Assembly: GCA_964355675.1 (NCBI GenBank)
Contig: CAYHEC010000004.1
Coordinates: forward strand, 131,924-195,923
Source: an uncultured Caldithrix sp.
Lineage (GTDB): Bacteria; Electryoneota; AABM5-125-24; Hatepunaeales; Hatepunaeaceae
Direction of reading: 5' to 3'
Length of the DNA stretch: 64,000 bases
Position numbers and translations under genes: made by a program. The notes below the pieces were generated by a model, which saw only the letters and a program-made list of their open reading frames with translations, did not search any database and was not told the origin of the DNA. Shown in pieces: positions 39,330 through 48,934 of the stretch (position 1 is the stretch's first letter; the number at the start of each line of letters is the position of its first letter).

Positions 39330-40358
39330 TCAAACCGAACGAGGTGATGCATAACCGGCAATCCGTGCGGAGGCGATGAAAAATTCCCGAACCATCGAAA
39401 GTACAACCTGTGCGGCAGATTCGACGGTCGTGATATCACCAGCGACTTCGCCAGCTTCCATATAACCTTCTTCCAAATCCCCTTTAAAGGTGCCAAGTTT
39501 AGCACGTCCTTCAAGGAGAAGATTGCGCAATTCTTCCAGAGAACCACCGGAATTCGATAAAGCCTCCGCTCTCGCGGCGAATGATCCGATCAGCATGCGG
39601 GTCGGACTCAAACGCTTCAAAGTCAACACAGTTGCCGGTTCACCAGATTCAATCACTGCTTTTCGGTAATTATCTGAGACCGAACTCTCGAACGTGCAAG
39701 CAAAACGAGTTCCAACTTGAACGCCTTCCGCACCTAATGCCAGAGCCGCGGCCATCCCGCGGCCATCGCGAATTCCTCCCGCCGCGATGACCGGTAGATC
39801 GAGGTGATCGACGAGACGGGGGATCAACGGAAATGTAGGAATCTCTTCATAACCATTATGCCCACCGGCCTCAAATCCCTCTCCGACGATTATATCGACT
39901 TCCCGTGACGCGGCTTTAAGCGCAAGTTTCAAAGAGGGTACAACATGCGCTACTATGACGCCGTGGTCATGGAGAATAGGGGTGAATTTACCGGGATTCC
40001 CCGCTGAAGTGAAGACAATCTTCACTCCAGAATTAATGGTAGTTGCCACTAATGAATCTGCGTCGTCTCGCATCAACGGAATATTGACCCCAAGTGGTCC
40101 ATCCCAGACTTCATGAGCCTTGCGGATATGCTCGGCAAGTAAATGTGGCGACATCGAACCAGATCCAATCAACCCCAAACCTCCAGCCATAGAGACAGCT
40201 GTCGCGAGCTTCCAGCCTGAAGCCCAGATCATGCCTCCTTGTATTATCGGATATCTTATTCCGAGGAGGCGAGAAATTGACGTGCTAATTTTATCAGGAA
40301 ATTGGTCTTCTACGAGGACTGTATCTCGATGGCGCTCGATTGAGATAGAGTCGCTCAA
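39330..40358 (-). CDS. nitronate monooxygenase / enoyl-ACP reductase II (FabK-like) FMN TIM-barrel oxidoreductase
   Basis: 342 aa showing YPIIQGGMIWASGWKLATAVSMAGGLGLIG and GFEAGGH … VIAAGGIRDGRGMAAALALGAEGVQVGTRF, the hallmarks of the NMO/FabK family. Confidence 0.8.
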   Translation of the reverse strand: MSDSISIERHRDTVLVEDQFPDKISTSISRLLGIRYPIIQGGMIWASGWKLATAVSMAGGLGLIGSGSMSPHLLAEHIRKAHEVWDGPLGVNIPLMRDDADSLVATTINSGVKIVFTSAGNPGKFTPILHDHGVIVAHVVPSLKLALKAASREVDIIVGEGFEAGGHNGYEEIPTFPLIPRLVDHLDLPVIAAGGIRDGRGMAAALALGAEGVQVGTRFACTFESSVSDNYRKAVIESGEPATVLTLKRLSPTRMLIGSFAARAEALSNSGGSLEELRNLLLEGRAKLGTFKGDLEEGYMEAGEVAGDITTVESAAQVVLSMVREFFIASARIAGYASPRSV

Positions 40359-40843
40359 GGCCCAACGAGCTGAATATCTGCACCGTCGATATCAAACCAT
40401 TGTGGATACTTGGCGACAGAATCGTACTCGATTTGCAACGACCTCTCATGCCCTTCTTCAAATAAAGCCAGATAAAGCAAAATCCTCTTGCCAGTCGGAT
40501 CGTCAGATTTGTTTGCCGCATCTTTGTAAAACTTCACAGCCTGACGTTCTTTTTCAATTGCTTCGAGGATAATCTCAGCCATCGGAACCTTAAGATCAAA
40601 CGAACCATTTTTACGAGGGGCTTTCTTCGGTAATGGAGGTTTCTCCTCGCCGGTGTACCGCTTCAGCAGATTATAAAGCATCTCGCGATGAGCTTTCTCT
40701 TCGCGAGCCAAGGAGCTGAATTTTTCACGCACCAACGGGTTCTTAACCTGAAGTGCCATTAGTTGATAACGTTTGTAGGCTTCGACTTCCTGTGCTATCG
40801 CAAGACCGATTACCTCTATACTACTGAGGTCTGATTCTATCAT
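40355..40843 (-). CDS. ferritin-like / rubrerythrin-family di-iron domain protein
   Basis: 162 aa with two E-x-x-H helix-pair motifs (EVEAYKRY … EEKAHREML; EKERQAVKFY … EEGHERSL). It overlaps the FabK stop by 4 nt. Confidence 0.55.
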   Translation of the reverse strand: MIESDLSSIEVIGLAIAQEVEAYKRYQLMALQVKNPLVREKFSSLAREEKAHREMLYNLLKRYTGEEKPPLPKKAPRKNGSFDLKVPMAEIILEAIEKERQAVKFYKDAANKSDDPTGKRILLYLALFEEGHERSLQIEYDSVAKYPQWFDIDGADIQLVGP

Positions 40844-41030
40844 TGATTGTCCAGATGTGTGTATAACGAAACGATTTATATTTTGAGAGTTCTGTATCTA
40901 TTTAATAATTAGAGTCCATTGAAAAAGTCTCAAGATTCGGTAGGAAAGGGCGTTCATTCCGGCAAAAGCAGACATAGGCCCGTTCTACCATGCAAAACGT
41001 CCGGTTTACAAACTTTTTTACAGATGCGTC

Positions 41031-41624
41031 CTATTTCCTTGAGACAATTGCCTTTTCAACTTCAGCAAGAACTTCCACTGCATGGCCTTCGACACTAACC
41101 GGCGACCAGACGCGTATAACCTTGCCCTCCGGATCGATCAATACCGTTGAACGAGTCACTCCCTCGTATGATTTGCCCGCAAAGCTCTTTTTTCCCCAAA
41201 CGCCATAGAGCTTAAGAGTCTCTTTACTGGTATCGGCAAGCAGAGTAAAAGGAAGATGATACCCGGTAATGAATTTCACGTGACTTGCCGCCGAATCGGG
41301 ACTCATACCCAATATTACCGTGCCGGTCTTTTGGTATAGCGAAAAATTGTCTCTGAAGTCACATGACTCTTTAGTGCAACCGGGTGTGTTATCCTTTGGA
41401 TAAAAATATAACACAACAAAACTGCCTCGCAAGTCGTGTAGCGAAACTAATTCACCCGCTTGATTGGGTAAGGTAAAATCAGGAGCCTCGCTCCCAATTT
41501 GAAGGATCGAATTTATCGACATTGAATCTTCCGATGAATGATTTAAGGAATTTGAAGGAGTGGCGTCTTGAAGCTGAGGCACGACTGATGTAACGCAGAC
41601 GACCAATATGTAATATAGTAACAT
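41031..41624 (-). CDS. bcp: thiol peroxidase Bcp (peroxiredoxin, AhpC/TSA family) with N-terminal membrane/signal segment
   Basis: 197 aa showing APDFTLPNQAGELVSLHDLRGSFVVLYFYPKDNTPGCTKESCDF. The peroxidatic Cys sits in the TPGCT motif. Confidence 0.85.
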   Translation of the reverse strand: MLLYYILVVCVTSVVPQLQDATPSNSLNHSSEDSMSINSILQIGSEAPDFTLPNQAGELVSLHDLRGSFVVLYFYPKDNTPGCTKESCDFRDNFSLYQKTGTVILGMSPDSAASHVKFITGYHLPFTLLADTSKETLKLYGVWGKKSFAGKSYEGVTRSTVLIDPEGKVIRVWSPVSVEGHAVEVLAEVEKAIVSRK

Positions 41625-41670
41625 CTTTAGGTACTTTTCAAATATAAATTGTATGGAAAACTAACAATCA

Positions 41671-44445
41671 TCACTTGACCAGCGCAATTTTTCTCACTAA
41701 ACTTTTTGAATCGGCATCAAGTTTAAGAAAATAAAGACCCGGTGGAATGGTCGAGTAGTCGATTGTTTGATTAATAATTCCCGTTTCTTCCGTTGTTTCC
41801 AAAGTTCGCACAAGCTCTCCACTTGCGGAGTACATTCGAATTATCGCTCCTGCAGAAGCGGCGTATTTAATTCGAAATGTCGAATTGAATGGATTCGGAT
41901 ATGCTTCTAACAATAGCGGAGAAATTGGCATGATTTCTTTGGTTGGTGTTTCCAAATTGGTGCCAGTTACAGACAGATGGTCGATCGACCATCCGCCTCC
42001 TTCGACCCCGGTGTCAGAGGCGAAGCGAAGCCGGACTCGGATTGCCCCTGCTGGGCCGCCAAGCGGTATTCTGTCTTCCCGCCAATCGAATGATCCGTTC
42101 CAACAAGCGCCACCACCGTATGTCCCAATCTCGACAGACCGGCCATTGTATCCTCCAATAGGTATAGCTCTTGACCACTCCCTACCTCGGTTCACTTCGA
42201 TCACACAAGCGTCATATTCAGCCTCAACGTCGATACAATGACGGATTCTCAGCTCGGCGTCAGCGTCAAGGATCATGAGGGGCATTTCAAGTACGGCGTC
42301 CGAACGCGCTGGGTAAAAGAGCGTATCGGGACCTCCGAAGGCGAGACCACCAGACCCGTCACAAGCCGTGGAATCCCAGCGCCAGACATCGGCGTAACCT
42401 TCCGTCACTGCAAAGTGCTCGATCCACTGAGGAACAATATCGAAATCATCTGTAAAAGTTGCATCCGCTGATAATGGAAGCGCAATGACTCCTTTGCCAT
42501 ACTCAATTCCATTACGGACAACATGCAACCTCACTACACTGCAGAAAGAAGCATTGGCAAACGGCATAATTCTGTATTCTATTGCTTGCGTTACCCTTTG
42601 TTGCCCCGGAGCAAGTGACTCGATAAAACATTGTTCGGAAAGTAAATCAAAATAAGCGTCTAAAGGTTCCAGCAACACCTCCGCTTGACCTGACAGTGAA
42701 TTCCCACCGACATTTCCGAAAGAAACAGTCAGAACACCTGAATCTCCCGGACCTACAAATCCATCCCGATCCTCCTCGGATGCTATGGTAGCAAAGGAGG
42801 TTGGTTGAATTTTAGCATTGCGAATAACCAAAGATACTCTATCCCACCAAGGCTCAGCGTCTAAAGGGGTCATTCTGACAGTAAATATAACTTTATGGTT
42901 ATCGGGCGTTTCGGGTCCGACCGTGATTCGAACGCCATCAGCGGCTATTACTTGGCCAACGGCAACTCCCTCGACTTCGAATTCTGCATGCTGAATGCTT
43001 ATTAATGTATCATCAGTAATTACGATCCCACTGATATTGGAAAAAACCCGTTCACTTCTATTAGTTAAAAAAAGTCTCACATCGACAGTCTCACCTGCAT
43101 CTGGTATGCCGTCTCCATCTCCATCGTCGTCCAAAACCTCATTTTCGACGACTTGTAACCCACGGGGAACTTTGAGTGTCGGGTCGCCAAAATACGTCAT
43201 CCCATAAAACCAGGAGCGCGCCCAATTCTCGTGACCCGCATCATGCGCATGAAGTGTAAACCAGTTCTTGAAGGCATTGCCAAAAGTTTCACCTTCTCCA
43301 AGGGGTGCATAGTAATCATCAAAGAACAGCATTCCTCCGACTTTCGTAGATCCAACCGCACCGAGTCCAAATGGTGGTTTGAGAGAGTAAAGTGCTCCCA
43401 AACATAGGTTCCTATTGAGATTCATCGCTGAACAAGCAAACAGGTTATAGAAAAACGTCTGCGGTACAACATCCTCGCGCAAGGTCCTAAAGCGAAAATA
43501 CTCGTTTTGTCTGTTACGATCAACCCGAAACAGATGAGAATCCGCGGTCGAATGAACTGCAACCTGCACAAGTTCATACCCTTCGCCAAGGCGGTTGATA
43601 TATCCTGCGACGGATGTGGTTTCTGGATCAGCCTCAACGTCAACCAGTCCGAAGGCGAGTTGCATTTCCTCTCCCCATTCCTTCGCAACAAAGGCCCAGT
43701 CATCATCGATATAGCCAAGCGCCTTGTGAGGAAGTGTCAATTCGCCTTGACGGAAGGCATGCGCTCGGTCGAGATAGAGGCCGACGAGTGAGTCTTCACT
43801 TAATCTACTCAAATCGTAGGCGGCAATCCTTCCCAGCCAGACATCGGGCTCCCACTCACCACTGTGACCATCATAAATTCCATTACCTGAGGTATCGATC
43901 CAATCGCCATTAAAATCCATAAAAAAAAGATCTATTGGATATTCGGCGAGACGTAAATTATCGGGTTCTTCTTCCGAATTAAAATACTCGCTTTGCTCAA
44001 ACCATGCTAATGGCATCTGCCCGGCAAACACTATCCCCACCACGTCGTCGCCACCTTCCTGTACGAGTAAGGATTTCAATTCTTCTGCGGTACCTCCTTC
44101 TACGTCAAACAAGGTAACATCATATCCTTCATCCTGCAAATCCTGCCGGTAAATCTCAAATTGATCGACGTGCGCTTCCAACAGGCGGTGATTTACGGTT
44201 AAAAGGATTCGACCATCTTCGTCGCGTTGAGGAATACTAGTCCGATGAAAAGTGGTCGTATTATACGTAACAAATTGTGATTCAGGGAATTTTCGAAGGT
44301 AATCAGCGCGGGTTAGTGGTGGCGAATCCGAGATGTCACGCGAATAGGGAATATAGCCATACTCAATGGGCCGAGAGATTACAGTAGGCGAAACTCCGAG
44401 GATTGAGATCAAACTGAATAGTATAAAGACGAGCTTCATAATCAA
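41671..44445 (-). CDS. T9SS cargo protein, putative clan-CD cysteine peptidase (gingipain/C25-like)
   Basis: 924 aa with a signal peptide (MIMKLVFILFSLISILG). The N-terminal half has a hydrophobic block + His (LVQVAVHS) and a hydrophobic block + Cys (FYNLFACSA), as in the caspase-like fold. A CARDB-like acidic segment (DDDGDGDGIPDAGETVDVRLFLTNRS) follows. The T9SS sorting domain reads YPNPFNSTFRIKYAAS…GLYFLKLDADS…KIALVK. Confidence 0.5.
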   Translation of the reverse strand: MIMKLVFILFSLISILGVSPTVISRPIEYGYIPYSRDISDSPPLTRADYLRKFPESQFVTYNTTTFHRTSIPQRDEDGRILLTVNHRLLEAHVDQFEIYRQDLQDEGYDVTLFDVEGGTAEELKSLLVQEGGDDVVGIVFAGQMPLAWFEQSEYFNSEEEPDNLRLAEYPIDLFFMDFNGDWIDTSGNGIYDGHSGEWEPDVWLGRIAAYDLSRLSEDSLVGLYLDRAHAFRQGELTLPHKALGYIDDDWAFVAKEWGEEMQLAFGLVDVEADPETTSVAGYINRLGEGYELVQVAVHSTADSHLFRVDRNRQNEYFRFRTLREDVVPQTFFYNLFACSAMNLNRNLCLGALYSLKPPFGLGAVGSTKVGGMLFFDDYYAPLGEGETFGNAFKNWFTLHAHDAGHENWARSWFYGMTYFGDPTLKVPRGLQVVENEVLDDDGDGDGIPDAGETVDVRLFLTNRSERVFSNISGIVITDDTLISIQHAEFEVEGVAVGQVIAADGVRITVGPETPDNHKVIFTVRMTPLDAEPWWDRVSLVIRNAKIQPTSFATIASEEDRDGFVGPGDSGVLTVSFGNVGGNSLSGQAEVLLEPLDAYFDLLSEQCFIESLAPGQQRVTQAIEYRIMPFANASFCSVVRLHVVRNGIEYGKGVIALPLSADATFTDDFDIVPQWIEHFAVTEGYADVWRWDSTACDGSGGLAFGGPDTLFYPARSDAVLEMPLMILDADAELRIRHCIDVEAEYDACVIEVNRGREWSRAIPIGGYNGRSVEIGTYGGGACWNGSFDWREDRIPLGGPAGAIRVRLRFASDTGVEGGGWSIDHLSVTGTNLETPTKEIMPISPLLLEAYPNPFNSTFRIKYAASAGAIIRMYSASGELVRTLETTEETGIINQTIDYSTIPPGLYFLKLDADSKSLVRKIALVK

Positions 44446-44620
44446 TTGGTTTTCTTATGGTTAATAAATCCAGAGTGCCAGATGGTAAGGAAGTGTTTGC
44501 AAAATGCCGTCTGGTGAAAAGCTCCTATCGATCCCTTGGACTTTTCGTCAGAAATTTATTAAGATCTCTAAATGGTGAATTTTGGTAGGTAATACGAATT
44601 TTATTGTGTTAGTGATAGGA

Positions 44621-45922
44621 TTATTTTTGCTCCGTTCTTCTCCTATAGCCATTGTAAACTAAATATGCGACAAACAATAATATCAACGAATTGAGTAAGA
44701 TAAATATTCTTCGAGGTGAAATATTCTTAATTGGTTTTCGATTACGTTCCCGCCAATCAGGAACCGGATAAACGTCGTCAGTAATTGCGTTCTCTTGAGG
44801 CCAAATGGTGAGCCAGGATTCCCCCACCTGCTGTTGTGCGAAGGTCGCTGTTCTATTTTGGTGGTAAAATTTGCTGTAACTCTCGAACTGTATCTTCCCA
44901 AAAACCGTAATAAATTGCTGTTCCGAGAGTTCCAGTCTCAACTGCTCGCGTCCAATTATTGTTGGGTTACCAAGAAGGCTTGATAGTATCTGAATGCCGC
45001 TATAACACGCCGCCGCTCGAAAATCAGGCGTCTCTAAATATTTTGCTTCAAACGATTCACAAAATTTCTTTACTTCCGGTTGCGACCGATCAGCTATCCA
45101 AACTCGTGGAGCTATAACATACTCAGCGGCTCCCTCAGAAGCAGATATCAATCGACCATCTCCCAGTTCGGTCATCCCAACGATAAAAGCATACGGAATA
45201 TAATCTGCTTGACGACATTGTCTTAGAAAACGCGCCACGTCCAATGTACTGCCAAAAAGCCAGACCAGCGCCGGTTTAGAATTTGTCAGCAAATCTATCT
45301 GTACCTTGAAGTCTTGAGTGCCATGCTCATAGGGAAACCAGGCCTTGTCGCCTTCCCAATGGAGAGCCAAGTCTCTTTCTATGTCGCCGATGAATCCCGA
45401 AAACCTGGTGCCCCGGTCATAGACTACCGCCGCCAGTCTCCCGCGTCCTGCAACCGTCGCCGCCCAAGAAATAGTTCCGTCATTGAAATCAGAAATCGGA
45501 GGAATCAGCCGAAAGACAAATTTGCGGTAGGTAAAAGTGAGACTGTCTGCAGTGTTACAATCGATCAGGTGTGGAATACCAGCTTCTTCGGCGCATGTAG
45601 CGATTAGCGATGTCGCTGAACTTGGCATTCCTCCAATGAACGCAACAACTTCGGGATCACCAGCATACTTTGATAATACAATAGGAAGACTTTTTAAATC
45701 ACTGCAATCTTCTATTATCAATTCAAAAGGAAGTTCAGAACCATTCGATTGGATTGCGGCATGGTAGGCAGATCGCATTACGTAACCGACCTCAGCCCAC
45801 TCACCGTTTTCTGGTAGAAATGCAACTACCCTGCTGGCGGCAATAGTTGACAGTGATGTACTTCCGATGATAGCTATCCCAGCGCACGATACCGCAAGCC
45901 ATCGAAGGAAGCGGAAAGGCAT
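44621..45922 (-). CDS. periplasmic-binding-protein type 1 (LivJ/ANF-receptor-like) domain protein with C-terminal TM anchor
   Basis: The ORF extends to 46027, but the likely start is MPFRFLRWLAVSCAGIAIIGSTSLS (a signal peptide). The PBP1 fold reads VAFIGGMPSSATSLIATCAEEAGIPHLI. The C-terminal helix is RIFILLNSLILLFVAYLVY. Confidence 0.5.
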   Translation of the reverse strand: MPFRFLRWLAVSCAGIAIIGSTSLSTIAASRVVAFLPENGEWAEVGYVMRSAYHAAIQSNGSELPFELIIEDCSDLKSLPIVLSKYAGDPEVVAFIGGMPSSATSLIATCAEEAGIPHLIDCNTADSLTFTYRKFVFRLIPPISDFNDGTISWAATVAGRGRLAAVVYDRGTRFSGFIGDIERDLALHWEGDKAWFPYEHGTQDFKVQIDLLTNSKPALVWLFGSTLDVARFLRQCRQADYIPYAFIVGMTELGDGRLISASEGAAEYVIAPRVWIADRSQPEVKKFCESFEAKYLETPDFRAAACYSGIQILSSLLGNPTIIGREQLRLELSEQQFITVFGKIQFESYSKFYHQNRTATFAQQQVGESWLTIWPQENAITDDVYPVPDWRERNRKPIKNISPRRIFILLNSLILLFVAYLVYNGYRRRTEQK

Positions 45923-45935
45923 TATAACCTCAATT

Positions 45936-46694
45936 TTAGAATAGCCACCCAAGGTACATTTTGGTAAACCGGATAACCACACCAACGCCAGCGGTGTTTT
46001 CAACTTTATTCCAAAGCCCATTGACACTAAGAAGGATATTGAATCCTATCATAACCGCCACTAAAATACCAATCATCACCGTAGATAGCTTCCGGTAGCG
46101 CTTTAGACTTGTGACCCCCAGTTTGTCGATAAATAATCTAAACCTGACATCCTCAAGCCATCTCGGATCCATAAAGAGACCGACTATCGACCAGGCCGAA
46201 GCCAGCCACCATCCCATCAGAGCGATATAACTTGGAAAATAGGTAAAGAATGTGCCTGGACCTATCCACAGAACGCAAGAAATAATTCCGGCGGCAAGAG
46301 CCGTGTAGGTCACTTTCCGAACATTTCTTATCATTCCGCGTTCGCGCATGATAAAATCACTGCCGTACGGATTCTTCAATGGTAGCAGAATCTTCATGCA
46401 CATATCAATAAGCATTCCACCGAAAAACGTCGCTCCCAGAGCGAGAAAAAGATTGTCTCCAAAATAGGTTAGCAGGTGGGTATGACCGAGCAATATTTCG
46501 AGTAATCCCATACCAATTAAGAAGATAAAAAAATAAATGCTCCAGAAAATAACGCCCTTTTCCTGAAGATATTCTACGAAACCATCCCAGAATAACTCCC
46601 ATTTGGAGGGATCGGGAAGCCTCTCGCCACAATGAGGACATTTCCAATTGACTGGAATTTTAAGGATAAGAGTATCACAAGAAGCGCATTTCAT
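45936..46694 (-). CDS. membrane protein with N-terminal zinc-ribbon (CxxC…CxxC) and ~5 TM helices
   Basis: 252 aa starting MKCASCDTLILKIPVNWKCPHCGERL, followed by hydrophobic helices. No family was recognised. Confidence 0.45.
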   Translation of the reverse strand: MKCASCDTLILKIPVNWKCPHCGERLPDPSKWELFWDGFVEYLQEKGVIFWSIYFFIFLIGMGLLEILLGHTHLLTYFGDNLFLALGATFFGGMLIDMCMKILLPLKNPYGSDFIMRERGMIRNVRKVTYTALAAGIISCVLWIGPGTFFTYFPSYIALMGWWLASAWSIVGLFMDPRWLEDVRFRLFIDKLGVTSLKRYRKLSTVMIGILVAVMIGFNILLSVNGLWNKVENTAGVGVVIRFTKMYLGWLF

Positions 46695-46929
46695 TCAGCT
46701 TCGACCTGACTTTTTATTGTTTGGCAGATAATGGATAAGGTAATCAAGAAGATTACAATGCAAGATGAGGACAGTTAAAATCCCTCTTTTCTATAATAAA
46801 GTCATTTCTAAGCCGTTCAGCAAATTTTCACTGTCCTAATGCTGACTTAAACAGCTTTAGGGGCTGTGGCCCAAATTCCAAATGATAAAAATCGTGGCGT
46901 CTTTGAGCAACAGTCTCTTCGAAGACTCG

Positions 46930-47952
46930 CTAAAGCGTCCTTGAAATACCCAATCGATGAATTCGACCTAATGCTCCAAGCGGAGCGAACGCATAGTCGA
47001 TAGACAAGTGCTGAACGAATAACCCCAATCCGAACGAGAAACCGGCAAAAGTATCACTGCTGTTACCAACCCGAAATCCTTGACCGATACTGCGGTAACC
47101 AAATCGAAGATTGAATGGCTTCTCAGCGCCCGCTGGTAATATCTCGAACTCGCCCCCGACACTGAAAGCTAATCCAGGTTCATTCGGAAGAAAATCGACG
47201 TTCCAATCTCCTTCGCCTTTCCGCCGAAAATTGGTAGCTGTAAAAAGGGTAAGAGGCAGATGTTCAAGTCGTTTCGAAGCAGAGAGAACCAATTCAACCG
47301 GAGTTGGAGATTTATCTCCGGAATTCCCGTCGAAGTTGACGCCAAAATTCCTGATCGACAGACCAAACTTGAACTTTTCCCATTGTGGATCAAGCGTTAA
47401 TCCAGCGTCTAAAGCTCCAGCAGATAAACTCTTGCCATCTAAATTCATCCAGTCAATTTTTCCGGCTACACCCCAACTTCCGCGCCCGAACAGATCTCCG
47501 GCAATTCCAATCCCGAGCAAATTTTCCGATGCGTCAAACGAGCGTCCGGTTGCACCCTGATTCGATTCCATTTCATCGAATTGACCATATCCATAGGTTT
47601 GAAGGTAAATCCCGACTCCAAACTCTCTTAATCGTCCGCTCCCTAACAATCTTCCGCTCCAGATATCGACGGGATATTTTGCATAAGACACCGCGAAAAG
47701 TCTGTCACTGCTATACAGGGATGCTGGGTTTTGAGCAAATGCTCCAACATTTCCTGCTTCGGTCAGAGCCGCCCCGCCCAACGCAAGAAGGCGAGCGTCG
47801 GTAATCTCCATCATCAAGGGAAACCCACTGCGCAAGACAGCACCTCCCGCCTGATGAAATTTCCCCAGCATCAGGACTATTATTCCTATGCTATAGATGA
47901 TTTTGTTTGTCATCAACAGATTCTTCCGCTTCATTTTCAGGACTTTCATTGA
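46930..47952 (-). CDS. outer-membrane β-barrel protein (FadL/PorV/PorQ-like?)
   Basis: The likely start is MKVLKMKRKNLLMTNKIIYSIGIIVLMLG. The pattern DARLLALGGAALTEAG and a Gly/aromatic-rich alternating β-pattern through to the C-terminus support a β-barrel. The ORF extends to 48018. Confidence 0.4.
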   Translation of the reverse strand, partial: SMKVLKMKRKNLLMTNKIIYSIGIIVLMLGKFHQAGGAVLRSGFPLMMEITDARLLALGGAALTEAGNVGAFAQNPASLYSSDRLFAVSYAKYPVDIWSGRLLGSGRLREFGVGIYLQTYGYGQFDEMESNQGATGRSFDASENLLGIGIAGDLFGRGSWGVAGKIDWMNLDGKSLSAGALDAGLTLDPQWEKFKFGLSIRNFGVNFDGNSGDKSPTPVELVLSASKRLEHLPLTLFTATNFRRKGEGDWNVDFLPNEPGLAFSVGGEFEILPAGAEKPFNLRFGYRSIGQGFRVGNSSDTFAGFSFGLGLFVQHLSIDYAFAPLGALGRIHRLGISRTL

Positions 47953-48934
47953 GTAATTCCTCTTGTTCTTCTTCTTCCCACTTCTTGAATTGCTTTCTCT
48001 TTCTAAGCCAGACTGCAAATGCCGCCATCGCGCTTAGCAGTAAAATCACCACCCAGATAATAGTATCCAGATCGAGAAACGCATAACTTCGATACCGTTT
48101 TTGAGCTGATTCGAGCCAGTCCGCCTGCCATGCCTCATACTCAACACCGGTACTTTTTTCAAATGCTGAATCAAATTCAATGCCGGTTCCTACCATAAAC
48201 AGGATGCTCCTGACAACCTCCCAGCCATACCAATCCAGTAGTCCCTGAGCGGCGGCGTGTGACTCGGCGTAAGCAAGCTGGGCGTCTGTGGCTGAAAAAC
48301 TGAGGACGTCTTCGACTCTCGGCAATCCCATCATCCGGTCGGCAAGCGCCGCTCGAGCCAATCGACTCAATGAACCACTGCGCGACTCACCCGACAAAAC
48401 CTGCGAAAATCCCTCATTGAACCATTTCGGTATGCCCTTTCCAGCTGATGCTTCATCGAGCAGAATATGAGCCAGCTCGTGAGCCGTAAGAACAGATAGA
48501 GGAACACCTTCGTTGTAAAACAGAGGCGTCTTTACGACTATTTTGCGGTCTTTGGGATAAGCTACGCCTCCAGCCCATTCCGGCACGCTCCCCTTGGTCA
48601 ACCAAGCGAATTCCGACCGTGTCAACGGTAGCTCTATGTGAACCAAGTCTGGTAGCCGAGTTCCGAGATGTAACTCTATGTCGGGGACTATACTCCGCAA
48701 CTCTCGATCAAGGTCCTCGACGACTCCGGGATCCTTTCCCCCGTACAAGTAAACGAAAGGAGGTCTTGTATAACTGTGGTATGTTCCCGGATCAACAGAT
48801 CCGAAAGCCATACTCAGATACAATAGCGTGATTAAAATCGCTGAGAACCTACGTGAAACAATTCGGGTTATCGGGTGCTCATCAGGTTTCCACGGGATCG
48901 ACATCGATTGCAACAATGAGTTTATCACCTCCAA
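47891..48934 (-). CDS. putative zinc metallopeptidase (HExxH, peptidase-MA-like) with C-terminal TM helix and acidic tail
   Basis: 347 aa. LTAHELAHILLDE is followed by a downstream E (NEGFSQ). An N-terminal hydrophobic segment is present. The C-terminus reads IIWVVILLLSAMAAFAVWL followed by KRKQFKKWEEEEQEELLNESPENEAEE. Confidence 0.45.
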   Translation of the reverse strand: MEVINSLLQSMSIPWKPDEHPITRIVSRRFSAILITLLYLSMAFGSVDPGTYHSYTRPPFVYLYGGKDPGVVEDLDRELRSIVPDIELHLGTRLPDLVHIELPLTRSEFAWLTKGSVPEWAGGVAYPKDRKIVVKTPLFYNEGVPLSVLTAHELAHILLDEASAGKGIPKWFNEGFSQVLSGESRSGSLSRLARAALADRMMGLPRVEDVLSFSATDAQLAYAESHAAAQGLLDWYGWEVVRSILFMVGTGIEFDSAFEKSTGVEYEAWQADWLESAQKRYRSYAFLDLDTIIWVVILLLSAMAAFAVWLRKRKQFKKWEEEEQEELLNESPENEAEESVDDKQNHL

